A DNA stretch of 50,962 nt from Octopus bimaculoides. Its lineage: Eukaryota. The stretch's first letter is position 1, and the number at the start of each line of letters is the position of its first letter. The notes beneath the pieces were generated by a model that had not been told where the DNA came from, searched no databases, and worked only from the letters and a program-made list of their open reading frames with translations. The stretch covers positions 3,833,572-3,884,533 of the forward strand of contig NC_069009.1 of the NCBI RefSeq assembly GCF_001194135.2, written 5' to 3'. The position numbers and the translations under genes are program-made. Below, piece after piece: positions 23,935 to 35,124 of the stretch.

Positions 23935-24408
23935 CAAATTCGATGACTGGCACCCGTGCCAGTGGTGCGCTGACAGCTCCATCCAAGTGGGATCACTTGC
24001 CAGAGCAGCGGTCTGGCTTCTGTGCCGGTGGCACATAAAAAGCACCATTTGAGCGTGATCGTTACCAGCGTCGTCTTACTGGCACTTGTGCTGGTGGCAG
24101 GTGAACAAAACATTCGAGAGAGGTCGTTGCCAGTGCCGCTGGACTGACTCCTGTCCAGGTGGCATGTAAAAAACACCATTTGGGCATGGCTGGTGCCAGT
24201 ACCGCCTGACTGGCCCTCGTGCTGGTGGCACATAAAAGCATCCACTAAACTCTCTGAGTGGTTGGCATTAGGAAGGGCATCCAGCTGTAGAAACTCTGCC
24301 AGATCAGATTGGAGCCTGGTGCAGCCATCTGGTTCGCCAGTCCTCAGTCAAATCGTGCAACCCATGCTAGCATGGAAAGCAGACATTAAACGATGATGAT
24401 GATGATCC
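23935..24408 (+). mobile_element. RTE 3'UTR copy
   Basis: Shared UTR and (GAT)n tail. Confidence 0.65.
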
Positions 24409-24956
24409 TTGTGGCAATTTAAGGAATTGCCCAGGGAGTGTATAAGCTTATTAATCATGTAGTAAGCTACAAAATTCTTACATTCTCTCGGTTTCCTGTA
24501 ATTCATGGTTCCATCAGACAAAATCAAAAAGGCAAGGGAGGACAAGCTTGATTCAGTTTCCCCTTTACCAAATCCACTTACAAGGCTTTTGTTGGTCCAT
24601 GATTATAGTAGAAGACACTTGCCCNNNNNNNNNNNNNNNNNNNNNNNNNNNNNNNNNNNNNNNNNNNNNNNNNNNNNNNNNNNNNNNNNNNNNNNNNNNN
24701 NNNNNNNNNNNNNNNNNNNNNNNNNNNNNNNNNNNNNNNNNNNNNNNNNNNNNNNNNNNNNNNNNNNNNNNNNNNNNNNNNNNNNNNNNNNNNNNNNNNN
24801 NNNNNNNNNNNNNNNNNNNNNNNNNNNNNNNNNNNNNNNNNNNNNNNNNNNNNNNNNNNNNNNNNNNNNNNNNNNNNNNNNNNNNNNNNNNNNNNNNNNN
24901 NNNNNNNNNNNNNNNNNNNNNNNNNNNNNNNNNNNNNNNNNNNNNNNNNNNNNNNN

Positions 24957-25120
24957 CTTCAGTTTCTCATTGGCGACAGGGGCACCAACAGCCCCTACAA
25001 CTACTCCTGCGGCTGCCACTGGTATGGCTGCCCCTGTCATAGCTGCTCTCCCTGTTATTACCACAGCTGATTCTGGGTCAGCTTTCAGTTTCACTTCCCA
25101 GGCCACCAGCACCACCACAG
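24957..25120 (+). CDS. NUP62: NUP62 exon, 5' part hidden in gap 24625-24956
   Basis: FSFSLATGAPTAPTTT...AFSFTSQATSTTT, Thr/Ala-rich; donor G|gtaaga. Confidence 0.8.
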
Positions 25121-25492
25121 GTAAGATGTCTTTGTTTCATGTGTTTGCTTATCTCTCTCTATCCTTTTACTTGTTTCTGTGATTTGGACTATGGTCGTGC
25201 TGGAGCAGTACCCTGAAGGGTTTTAGTCAAACAAAATCGACCCCAGTTTTTTTATCTTTCATCTTTTACTTGCTTTAGTCATTAAGCTATGGCCAGGCTG
25301 GGGCACTGCCGTGTAAGAATTTTTAGTCAAAGGAATTGGCTCCAGTACTTCATTTTCCTTTTTTTTAAGTGTGGTGCTTGTTTTATTGATATCTTTGGCT
25401 GAACCACTAAGTTACTGGGACATAAACACTGACACTAGTTGTCAAGCAGTGGTGGTGGTCACACACACACATGAGAGGCTTGTTTTCAATTT

Positions 25493-25724
25493 CTTATTTC
25501 TTTATTGCCCACAAGGGGCTAAACATAGAGGGGACAAACAAGGACAGACAAAGGGATTAAGGCGATTACATCGACCCCAGTGCGTAACTGGTACTTAATT
25601 TATCGACCCCGAAAGGATGAAAGGCAAAGTCGACCTCGGCGGAATTTGAACTCAGAACGTAACAGCAGACGAAATAGCACTAAGCATTCCACCCGGCATG
25701 CTAACATTTTTGCCAGCTCGCTGC
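25493..25724 (-). mobile_element. SINE family E, full length
   Basis: 14-bp TSD cttgttttcaattt (25479-25492, 25725-25738); other copies at ~1590-1800, 2440-2660, 6225-6426, 27570-27710, 40000-40220. Confidence 0.85.
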
Positions 25725-26322
25725 CTTGTTTTCAATTTTTGTCTACCAAAATACACTTGCAAGGTATTGGTTGGCCTGATAGAATATGTATCGGCTTAAA
25801 AGGGGGAAGAAAAAGTATTGGGGTTAATTCATTCAACTTAAAAACTTTTCAAGGCGGTGTCTTGACATGGCCACAGTGTAATGACAGAAACAAATAGAAA
25901 CTAAAAGATACAACTTGGTCATTTAGCGTACTGTTTATCTGTTCTCTCCAAACCCTTATACACACGTTTTCTACATGTCTGAAACAGCTGTCGTGAATCT
26001 CAACCCATTTGTGTTTCTATATATAATCTCGACCATCTAGAATAACGTTCAGTTTCTGTTGGTCATGCTTGACTATCTAGCTGTAAAGTAATGACTATTA
26101 CTTCTGATTGGGCCCTATGGAGGAAATGCCTGAGAAGTGTAACCTTACGACCAGCAGGAAACCTAGGGTAGACCTAGAACATGATGGTTGGGTAATATCC
26201 ATGCTTAGGAATTCAGCTGGAAGGTGTAATGATAGTCGCTTCTGATTAGACCCTATGGAGGAGGTGCCTTAGGACTGTAGCCTTATGACCACTTTGAGAC
26301 ATGGGGTAGACCAAGGGCAAGA

Positions 26323-26620
26323 TCATCATCATCATCATCGTCGTTTAACGTCCGCTTTCCATGCTAGCATGGGTTGGACGATTTGACTGAGGACTGGTGA
26401 AACCAGTTGGCTACACCAGGCTCCAATCTGATTTGGCAGAGTTTCTACAGCTGGATGCCCTTCCTAATGCCAACCACTCAGAGAGTGTAGTGGGTGCTTT
26501 TACGTGTCACCTGCACGAAGGCCAGTCAGGCGGTACTGGTAACGGCCATGCTCAAATGGTGTATTTTATGTGCCACCCGCACAAGAGCCAGTCCAGGGGC
26601 ACTGGGTTGGATAATATGCA
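26323..26620 (-). mobile_element. RTE 3'UTR copy
   Basis: (CAT)n followed by the shared UTR. Confidence 0.65.
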
Positions 26621-26870
26621 TAGTCTCAGATGGTCATGCTTGGGGCTCCGGCCAGAAAGTGTAATGGCTGTTGCTTCTATCAGGACCATATGAAGGAAAT
26701 ACCTGAGGGCTTAAAGCCCCACAACCCTTCAAAGAATAATAGTTGGATGGAATGGAAGGCCTATGTAAACTTAGATTCCTGGTGTTGTGAAACGCACCTC
26801 AGCTGTGGCCACACACACACACCTGTTTTCATATGCTCCCTCTCACCTTCAATCTCTTCTAATATTTCAG

Positions 26871-27033
26871 CACCAGCAAGCAAGCCTTCTTTCATATTTT
26901 CAACAGCTGGGGCAGCTACCACTTCTGCCCCTGGTATTCCCTCTAACGTTAGCACAGGGCTAGCTCTCCCTGCTTCCACCACATCTTCTGGCTTTACCTT
27001 GGGCTCTAGTGCTGCCCCAACAACAACTGGAAG
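26871..27033 (+). CDS. NUP62: NUP62 Ser/Thr-rich exon
   Basis: tttcag| acceptor and AG|gtaaga donor; 163 nt, phase 1-2; PASKPSFIFST...GFTLGSS. Confidence 0.85.
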
Positions 27034-27273
27034 GTAAGAAATTTTTGTTTTGCATCATTCATTAATAAACAATCTATCACTGGTTGTCAGCAGCTGCTAC
27101 TCCCAAGAATTATAGGTGCTGGCATAGTTGTTTAGTGGTTAACAAGCTTGCTTCTTAACCCTGTGGTCTTGGGTTCAGTCCCACTGCACGGCACCTTATG
27201 CAAATATCTTATGCTGTAGTCCCTATACACATGCATAAATACACTCTCTCTCTCTCTGTTTCTTATTTTGCAG

Positions 27274-27520
27274 CTTCCTCAGTACGGCTCCAAGAACGGC
27301 AGTAGCGGCAGCAGCAGCAGCAACAACAACAACAGCAGTTGTTGCCCCAACTATTTCAGCCGTGGCAGTGCCTGGTGGCGAGAGTCAGATGAATTTCCGT
27401 CAGTTGGAGGAACAGATCAACAAATGGATGCTGGAGTTGGAGGAGCAGGAGAAGGCTTTCCTCCAGCAGGCGACCCAGGTCAATGCCTGGGACAAGCTGC
27501 TTTTGAACAATGGAGAAAAG
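27274..27520 (+). CDS. NUP62: NUP62 linker and start of the Nsp1_C coiled coil
   Basis: MNFRQLEEQINKWMLELEEQEKAFLQQATQVNAWDKLLLNNGEK matches the NUP62/Nsp1 C-terminal domain; phase 2-0. Confidence 0.96.
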
Positions 27521-27711
27521 GTCAGGTCATTGTTGTCTCATTATTTATCTTTTCATAGGTGGTAAGCTAGCAAGATCGTTAGCACACCGGGCAAAATGCT
27601 TAGCGTTATTTCGTCTGTCTTTATGTTCTACATTCAAATTCTGCCGAGATTGACTTTGCCTTTCATCCTTTAGCAGTCGATAAATTAAGTACCGGGTTGA
27701 ACAGTGGGGTC

Positions 27712-28430
27712 AATCATCATCATCATCATCGTTTAACGTCTGCTTTCCATGCTAGCATGGGTTGGACGATTTGACTGAGGACTGGTGAAACCAGATGGCT
27801 ACACTAGGCTCCAATCTGATCTGGCAGAGTTTCTACAGCTGGATGCCCTTCCTAATGCCAACCACTCCGAGAGTGTAGTGGGTGCTTTTACGTGCCACCA
27901 GCACGAAGGCCAGTCAGGTGGTACTGGCAACGGCCACGCTCAAAATGGTGTATTTTACGTGCCACCTGCACAGGAGCCAGTCCAGCGGCACTGGTGATGC
28001 TAGTAACGATCATGCTCAAATGGTGCTATTTACATGCCACTGGCACGGAAGCCAGACAGCTGCTCTGGCAAAGATCTAGCTCGGACGGTGCTCTTAGTGC
28101 TCCACTGGTACAGGTGCCAACACGACTTCGCTTTCACTTGCCCTAACAAGTCTTCGCAACCTGAGTTTAGTGTCCAATGAAGGAGAGGTTGGCATGGGTG
28201 CCAGTCATCGAATTTGGTTCAATTTCGATTTCACTTGCCTCAACTGGTCTTCGCAAGCGGAGTTTAGTGTCCAAGGTATGCATAAGTGGGCTGGCTACAC
28301 CCCTGGCAGATGCCTCGGATTATGGTCTCACTTGGCTTGCCGGGTCTTCTCACGCACAGCATATTTCCAAAGGTCTTGGTCACAAGTCATTGCCAAGAAC
28401 CACCCAAGCTTGGGTCAATGTAATTAACTT
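27712..28430 (-). mobile_element. 5'-truncated RTE LINE: ORF2 end, 3'UTR with tandem units and (GAT)n tail
   Basis: Minus strand reads AMTCDQDLWKYAVREKTRQAK*, then a UTR with the ggttggcrttaggaagggcatcc motif, ending gatgatgatg. Confidence 0.7.
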
Positions 28431-28595
28431 AACCCCTCTCCAGAAATTGCTAGCTTTGTGCCAAAATTTGAAATGAATATTAATCTGATTAAAAGCGGCA
28501 AACTGGCAGAGTGCTAAGTGGCATTTTGTCCTAGTAGTTTCTTTTAGGTCTCTTTCTCCTCCTTTAACCCTTTATTTCTCTCCTGTATATTACAG

Positions 28596-28780
28596 ATACA
28601 CCAACTGAACCATGATTTAGACAGGGTCAAAGTTGACCAACAGAGGCTGGACAATGAACTGGACTTCATTCACTCACAACAGAAGGAACTGGAGGACCTC
28701 CTGACCCCGCTTGAGGCCTCGGTGGAACAGCTTCCACCTCTTAGTTACCAACATCATGCTGACATAGAACGTGAACACAC
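28596..28780 (+). CDS. NUP62: NUP62 coiled-coil exon
   Basis: IHQLNHDLDRVKVDQQRLDNELDFIHSQQKELEDLLTPLE...HADIEREHT; ttacag| acceptor and AC|gtgagt donor. Confidence 0.96.
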
Positions 28781-30322
28781 GTGAGTATTGCCTGTGTTAG
28801 TGTGTGTGTGTAACATGTTTATATGTGGGTGATAAGTTTGCTTCTCAACCATAAGGTTCTAGGTTCAGTCCCACTGTGTGGCACCTTGTGCATGTGGCTT
28901 CTGCTATAGCCCTGATCTGACCAAAACCTTGAGTGGATTTGGTAGGTGGAAACCGAAAAAAATCCTGCCATATATATATATATATATATTTTCTTTTGTT
29001 CTTTTACATGTGTCAGTCATTTGACTGCAGCCATGCTGGTGCACTGCTTGTAGTCGAGCAAATCGACCCCAGGACTTATTCTTTGTAAGCCTAGTACTCA
29101 TTCTATTGGCCTCTTTTGCTGAACCGCTAAGTAAAAAGGTGCAGTACATGTAATTCAAAGAGTGTGTGTGTGTGTGTGTGTATATACATGCGTTTTCTCC
29201 ATTCCTTAAATTTTTATATATATATATATATATATAATGTATGTGTGTATGGTGTCTTTGTGTNNNNNNNNNNNNNNNNNNNNNNNNNNNNNNNNNNNNN
29301 NNNNNNNNNNNNNNNNNNNNNNNNNNNNNNNNNNNNNNNNNNNNNNNNNNNNNNNNNNNNNNNNNNNNNNNNNNNNNNNNNNNNNNNNNNNNNNNNNNNN
29401 NNNNNNNNNNNNNNNNNNNNNNNNNNNNNNNNNNNNNNNNNNNNNNNNNNNNNNNNNNNNNNNNNNNNNNNNNNNNNNNNNNNNNNNNNNNNNNNNNNNN
29501 NNNNNNNNNNNNNNNNNNNNNNNNNNNNNNNNNNNNNNNNNNNNNNNNNNNNNNNNNNNNNNNNNNNNNNNNNNNNNNNNNNNNNNNNNNNNNNNNNNNN
29601 NNNNNNNNNNNNNNNNNNNNNNNNNNNNNNNNNNNNNNNNNNNNNNNNNNNNNNNNNNNNNNNNNNNNNNNNNNNNNNNNNNNNNNNNNNNNNNNNNNNN
29701 NNNNNNNNNNNNNNNNNNNNNNNNNNNNNNNNNNNNNNNNNNNNNNNNNNNNNNNNNNNNNNNNNNNNNNNNNNNNNNNNNNNNNNNNNNNNNNNNNNNN
29801 NNNNNNNNNNNNNNNNNNNNNNNNNNNNNNNNNNNNNNNNNNNNNNNNNNNNNNNNNNNNNNNNNNNNATCTATGTGTGTAACAATTTTAGAGTTCGGAT
29901 TCTAGAGTTAGGGTTAGGGTTAGGGGATTAATACGATATACACCGTTACAGCGCTAACTGTTTTCAACTGAATAGACGTCAGTGATTAGTAGAAATTATC
30001 GAAATAAGACAATTTTTTACATGACATAAATTCGAATACAAAAATTTTTTTATATTCTATAACACAAAATAGATAAGTATACAAAGTTTGAAAGTCTTTC
30101 CGTACCAAAAACACTACATAAAACATAAATGAAAACTGGTGCCCCCGTTTTAAAATAGATCCAAAATAAGTACCATTTAAATCCTGGGGGCGTTGCTATC
30201 AAATTATCCCCTCCCCCCGAAATTACTGGCCTTGTATCAAAATTTGAAACTGATATTACGTTTGAGTGAATGACCTGAATGCTAAAGGGTTAAATTGTGT
30301 TGTTTTTTGTTTCTTTAACCAG

Positions 30323-30434
30323 CTACCAATTGGCCGAAAGTATAGATGGTCAGCTGAAGAGAATGGTGCTTGATTTGAAGGAGATCATCGACCATCTGAA
30401 TACGACCAACACCAGTGAGGAGAATACAGATCCT
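30323..30434 (+). CDS. NUP62: NUP62 coiled-coil exon
   Basis: YQLAESIDGQLKRMVLDLKEIIDHLN...DP; phase 2-0; gtaagt donor. Confidence 0.96.
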
Positions 30435-30519
30435 GTAAGTAACTATTTCGGAAGGGGTCAGAGAGAAAGAGAGAGAGAGAGGTGTGTGATGGAGATGGAG
30501 ATGGGATGTCTTTTGTTTT

Positions 30520-30945
30520 ATCCCCGGTCAGTTCTTGTCCGGCCGCCCTCCTGTGATCAAAGATGTTCCATTTGTGTTTATCCCATTCTTTTAGGTATCG
30601 TGTACCTAGGACTACATTACCTAATGTACAGCATCATAGTTGGTATTAGTGGCTATACTTGTTGCTGTTGTTGTTTGGCCCCAGGCTAGTCTTGATCCAG
30701 TAAACCTATGATCAAAGATGTTCCAGTTGTGACCATCCCATCTTTGATTCAGACATAGTGTATCTAGGACTACATTATTTAATGTACAGTAAAATAGTTA
30801 GCATTAGTGGCTATCATTATTGCTGTTTAGCCCCAGGTTAGTCCTGATCCAGTAAACCTATGATCAAATATGTTCCAGTTTTGACCATATCATCTTTGAT
30901 TCAGACATAGTGTATCTAGGACTACATTATCTACTGTAGTGTAAT
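30520..30945 (+). repeat. Family D array
   Basis: ctacatt at ~30612, 30770, 30922. Confidence 0.85.
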
Positions 30946-31083
30946 TGTAATTGATGTTATTGTCTGAAACACTGGCAAATGATGCTTCAGCATGGCCACA
31001 ATCTAGCAATAAAATAGATGAGAGCAATCTAACAATAAATAGATATAACAATCCATTCAATGAAGTTACTATTTCTTCTGCAG

Positions 31084-31150
31084 GTTCACCAAATCACCAA
31101 AATCCTGAATGCTCATATGGACTCTCTACGGTGGATTGACCAAAATGCTG
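31084..31150 (+). CDS. NUP62: NUP62 exon
   Basis: VHQITKILNAHMDSLRWIDQNA; ctgcag| acceptor and G|gtaagt donor. Confidence 0.96.
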
Positions 31151-31741
31151 GTAAGTAATCCTGTATCATAAACATAATAATTATTGTACTTAGCAGACTT
31201 GCATTTGTCTGTCTCTCTAACCAATGACAATCTTGTCTATAATATGACTGCATTTGATGAAGGGCAATTTTTTTGATCATCATCATTTAATCTCCCGGGT
31301 GCTTTTTACATGGCACCATCACTTATAAGGTCTGCTTTGGCATCGTCTTTACAACTAGATCCCCTTCCAAATGTCAACTACTTTACAGAGTGACCTCAAT
31401 GCATTTTATGTGATACCAGTGTCGGTGAGGTTTGTTTTGGCATGGTTTTTACAGCTGGATGGCCTTCTTAATACCAACCACCTTACAGAGTGGACTGAAT
31501 GCTTCTTACATGGCACCACCATTGGCAAGGTCTGTTTCAGCAGGGTTTCTACAGCTGGATGCCCTTCAAAATGCCAACCACTTTACAGTGCAGACTGAGT
31601 GCTTTTTAAGTGATATCAGTACTGGTGGGGGTCACCAAATAATTTGCAAGACAAAGATCCTTTGAGAGGTTTTGTATTGTAGGAGGTGACCTTGTGCCAG
31701 GTGATGAGAAGTTCTAGTGTGACAGAGGGATAGAAACAGTT

Positions 31742-31969
31742 GGTGAGCTGGCAGAAACGTTAGCACGCCGGGCGAAATGCTTAGCAGTATTTCGTCTGCC
31801 GTTACGCTCTGAGTTCAAATTCCGCCGAGGTCGACTTTGCCTTTCATCCTTTCGGGGTCGATAAATTAAGTACCAGTTACGCACTGGTTTCGATGTAATC
31901 AACTTAATCCCTTTGTCTGTCCTTGTTTGTCCCCTCTATGCTTAGCCCCTTGTGTGCAATAAAGAAATA
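31742..31969 (+). mobile_element. tRNA-related SINE family E, full length
   Basis: B box gagttcaaattcc; central gaggtcgactttgcctttcatcctttcggggtcgataaattaagtaccag; TSD agaaacagtt(g) (31732-31742, 31970-31980). Confidence 0.85.
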
Positions 31970-32097
31970 AGAAACAGTTGTTTTGCTGTGGAAGAGATAC
32001 ATGGTTACCAGTCAGTGGATTGTGTCTTCTACGCTAGCAGATATGGTAATTAGTGATGTGTTATTGTCATTAATTACGTTCCTTATTATCATTTCAG

Positions 32098-32189
32098 GAC
32101 TGCTCAACCGCCGTGTGGAGGACATCTCCAAGCAGATGGAACTTCAGAGGAAAGAGCAGGAAAGGAACTACAGACTGGTCTTTAACTGA
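32098..32189 (+). CDS. NUP62: NUP62 last coding exon
   Basis: LLNRRVEDISKQMELQRKEQERNYRLVFN* (cf. RKEQERSFRITFD). Confidence 0.95.
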
Positions 32190-32329
32190 ACAACACCATC
32201 GTACATTGCAGGGCGGTTGGAGGGACATGCCCTGTTGTTTTTGTCACACCTCCATCCATCCATCCATCCTGAACATCAACACTATCCATTTTGACAGAAT
32301 CCCATCCAGCAATGGAACATAACACACAA

Positions 32330-33030
32330 TCTAGTTCCTACCCCCTACAACATACAGAATATCCATATGGAAATGTGGTGGGGGGAACTGAGCCCAATGA
32401 AGCCCCCCACCCCATCCCCTACATTACACAGACCTACAAAATAACCATCTGGGAATGAGAGGGGACAGTGTTCAGAGTAGTCTTCACCCACTACAATGAG
32501 TCGGTGGGGGTGAACACTGCCCAGAGCAGTCCCTACCCCCTACTACACATATGCATACAAAATAACCATATGGAAATATGAAAGGAGGAAGCTCCTACTC
32601 CCTACATTACACAGAAAAACCATCTGTTAATGAGGGGGTAGGTACACTGCCCAGAGCAGTCACACCCCCTACAACACACATACATACAGAATAATCATCG
32701 ACGAGGGATGGGGGACACTGCCCAGACAGTCCCTGCCCCCCGACAACACATACAGAATAATCATCAGGAAATGAGGGGGCGACAGAGCCCAGAGCAGTCC
32801 CTACCCCCTACTACACATATGCATACAAAATAACCTTCTGAGAATGAGGTGGGGGAGCCCAGAGCCCTACCCCCTACAACTCATATATATATATATACAG
32901 ACTAACTCTCTGGGAATGAGCAGGGCACATAGACCTGAGCGGTCTGCCCTCTACAACAGGTATACATACAAAATAACCACCAGAGAATTCGGTGGGGACA
33001 ATGTTCAGAACAGTCCAAACACATTTTGGG
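32330..33030 (+). repeat. Degenerate ~60-80-bp minisatellite in the NUP62 3'UTR
   Basis: ~10 units of cccctac(a/t)acaca..cataca(a/g)aataa(c/t)cat...gggg..cactgcccagagcagt. Confidence 0.8.
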
Positions 33031-33186
33031 GGCTGATTGATAACCCAGACCAGTCACTGCCTTGCCCTTAGGACTTCCAGAATGACCCTTATCTCCTTCT
33101 TCTTTGACTGAAAGAGAAGCACCTTAAGTTGTATTTTTGGGGCAATTTTTTTTTTCCTTTTGGTGGGGTGGTGGTTTAAATTTAAA

Positions 33187-33192
33187 AATAAA
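33187..33192 (+). terminator. Candidate NUP62 polyadenylation signal (AATAAA)
   Basis: Canonical hexamer ~1 kb after the stop, followed by GU/U-rich sequence. Confidence 0.55.
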
Positions 33193-34465
33193 AGAGTTGT
33201 TAAAGTTGCCTATTGTTTGGATTGAACCTGCTTCTTTTTGTTTGTCAAGTTTCATGCTTTTGTTGGCTGGTATAAGGCCAGATTGAGTTGGTGTTAGTGG
33301 TGATGGTCACCTTGAATGAATGGAGAGGTCATATCTGGGTACAACTGGTTGGATTGTCTCCCTTGTTACATGACCATGTGATTCAGTATACACCCTCATG
33401 TCCACTTCCAGTTGGGTTTTAATCCTTTTGATGCCAACCCACCTGTGAACTTCCCCTTTTAAAGTAATCCTAAGATCTTCCATCAAAATTTCATGTTAAT
33501 TTATGTTCCAAACACCAGCTTAATAATTAAGACCATTTTCAAAATTAGTTGCATCAAAGACAGTTGGTTTCCCTTTTGATGCTAACCCACTGAGACTGTT
33601 CCTTGGTTCTGTGATATAAATTTCCAGTTTAAAGAGATCTAAATCAAAAGTCTTCCATCAAAATTTCATGCCATTTTATGTTCCAAACATCAGCTTGATA
33701 ACGACAAAGTTATTTTACTAAATAGTTTTAAAGATTAATTGAAACAGTGTATTTCAACAGAAATATCGTAAGAAATAGGTTAAGGTGATCTAAAATCCTT
33801 TAATTGAAACAGGCGTATTTCNNNNNNNNNNNNNNNNNNNNNNNNNNNNNNNNNNNNNNNNNNNNNNNNNNNNNNNNNNNNNNNNNNNNNNNNNNNNNNN
33901 NNNNNNNNNNNNNNNNNNNNNNNNNNNNNNNNNNNNNNNNNNATAGCCTCGGGCCGACCAAAGCCTTGTGAGTGGATTTGATAGACGGAAACTGAAAGAA
34001 GCCCGTCGTATATATGTATGTATGTGTGTGTATATGTTTGCGTGTCTGTGTTTGACCCCCCCCCCTCCAGCATCACTTGACAACCGATGGTGGTGTGTTT
34101 ACGTCCCCGTAACTTATTGGTTCAGCTAAAGAGACCGATAGAATAAGTACTAGGCTTACAAAGAATAAGTCCTGGGGTCGATTGGCTCGACTAAAGGCGG
34201 TGCTCCAGCATGGCCACAGTCAAATAACTGAAACAACTATAAGAGTAAAAGAGATAACACGGATAGCAGAGCGCTTTCTTGAGTACTGTTTACAGAGGCT
34301 TTCAGCAGATGTGGATGGATCTGGTTTGATCAGGCTAGCTGATAGCCTCTTTAATCCTTTTGAGATTGCCCCTTGGTTCTATGATATAAATTTCCTGTTA
34401 ATTTATGTTCCAGATGTTGACAAGAACAGTTATTTTATTAAATTCTTCATTATTAACGGGACCCA

Positions 34466-35065
34466 TGAATATTTCACAGAATTAATGGTAAACCTATTAG
34501 GCTGTTTCTGAAAACTTTATCCAAAAAACCTGAAAGCAGATCCTGTATTGTGTCAGTTTAGAAAGATAGTCACTCATCTGCTAATCATTGAAAAGTGAAA
34601 GAAATTGGAATACAATGATTACTTAATGTACTTTATATGTACTTTATGCACAATTTTATAGACTTAATACACAGCACTCATAAATTAAATATTCACTCTC
34701 ATTTTTCCATTTTTCCCCAATAAAAATTATATCCTGTACATATGGTACAATCTTTAGTTAAATTGCATATCTGCTGCATAAATAAGTGTGAATATTTCAC
34801 AGAATTAATGGTAAACCTATTAGGTTGTGTCTGTAAGGAAAGATAATCATCTGCTACTCATTGAAAAGTGAAAGAAATTGGAATACGATGATTACTTAAT
34901 GTACTCTTTATGTACTTTTTGCACAATTTTATAGACTTAATTCACAGTACTCATAAATTAAACATTCACTCTTATTTTTCCATTTTCCCCCATAAAAATA
35001 TCCTGTACATATGATACAATCTTTAGTTAAATTGCATATATTTGTCACATAAATGTGTATATTTC
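34466..35065 (+). repeat. Two-copy tandem duplication (period 323 bp)
   Basis: tgaatatttcacagaattaatggtaaacctattagg at 34466 and 34789. Confidence 0.85.
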
Positions 35066-35124
35066 ATGCTCTTAAGCACGTGTTAAGCTATAGGTGATAT
35101 AAAAAAACTTAGTTGAATTTAAAG

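Noticed and set aside
29905-29930. (TTAGGG)3 as a telomere
   Set aside because: Only three units inside a NUP62 intron, within repeat-like sequence
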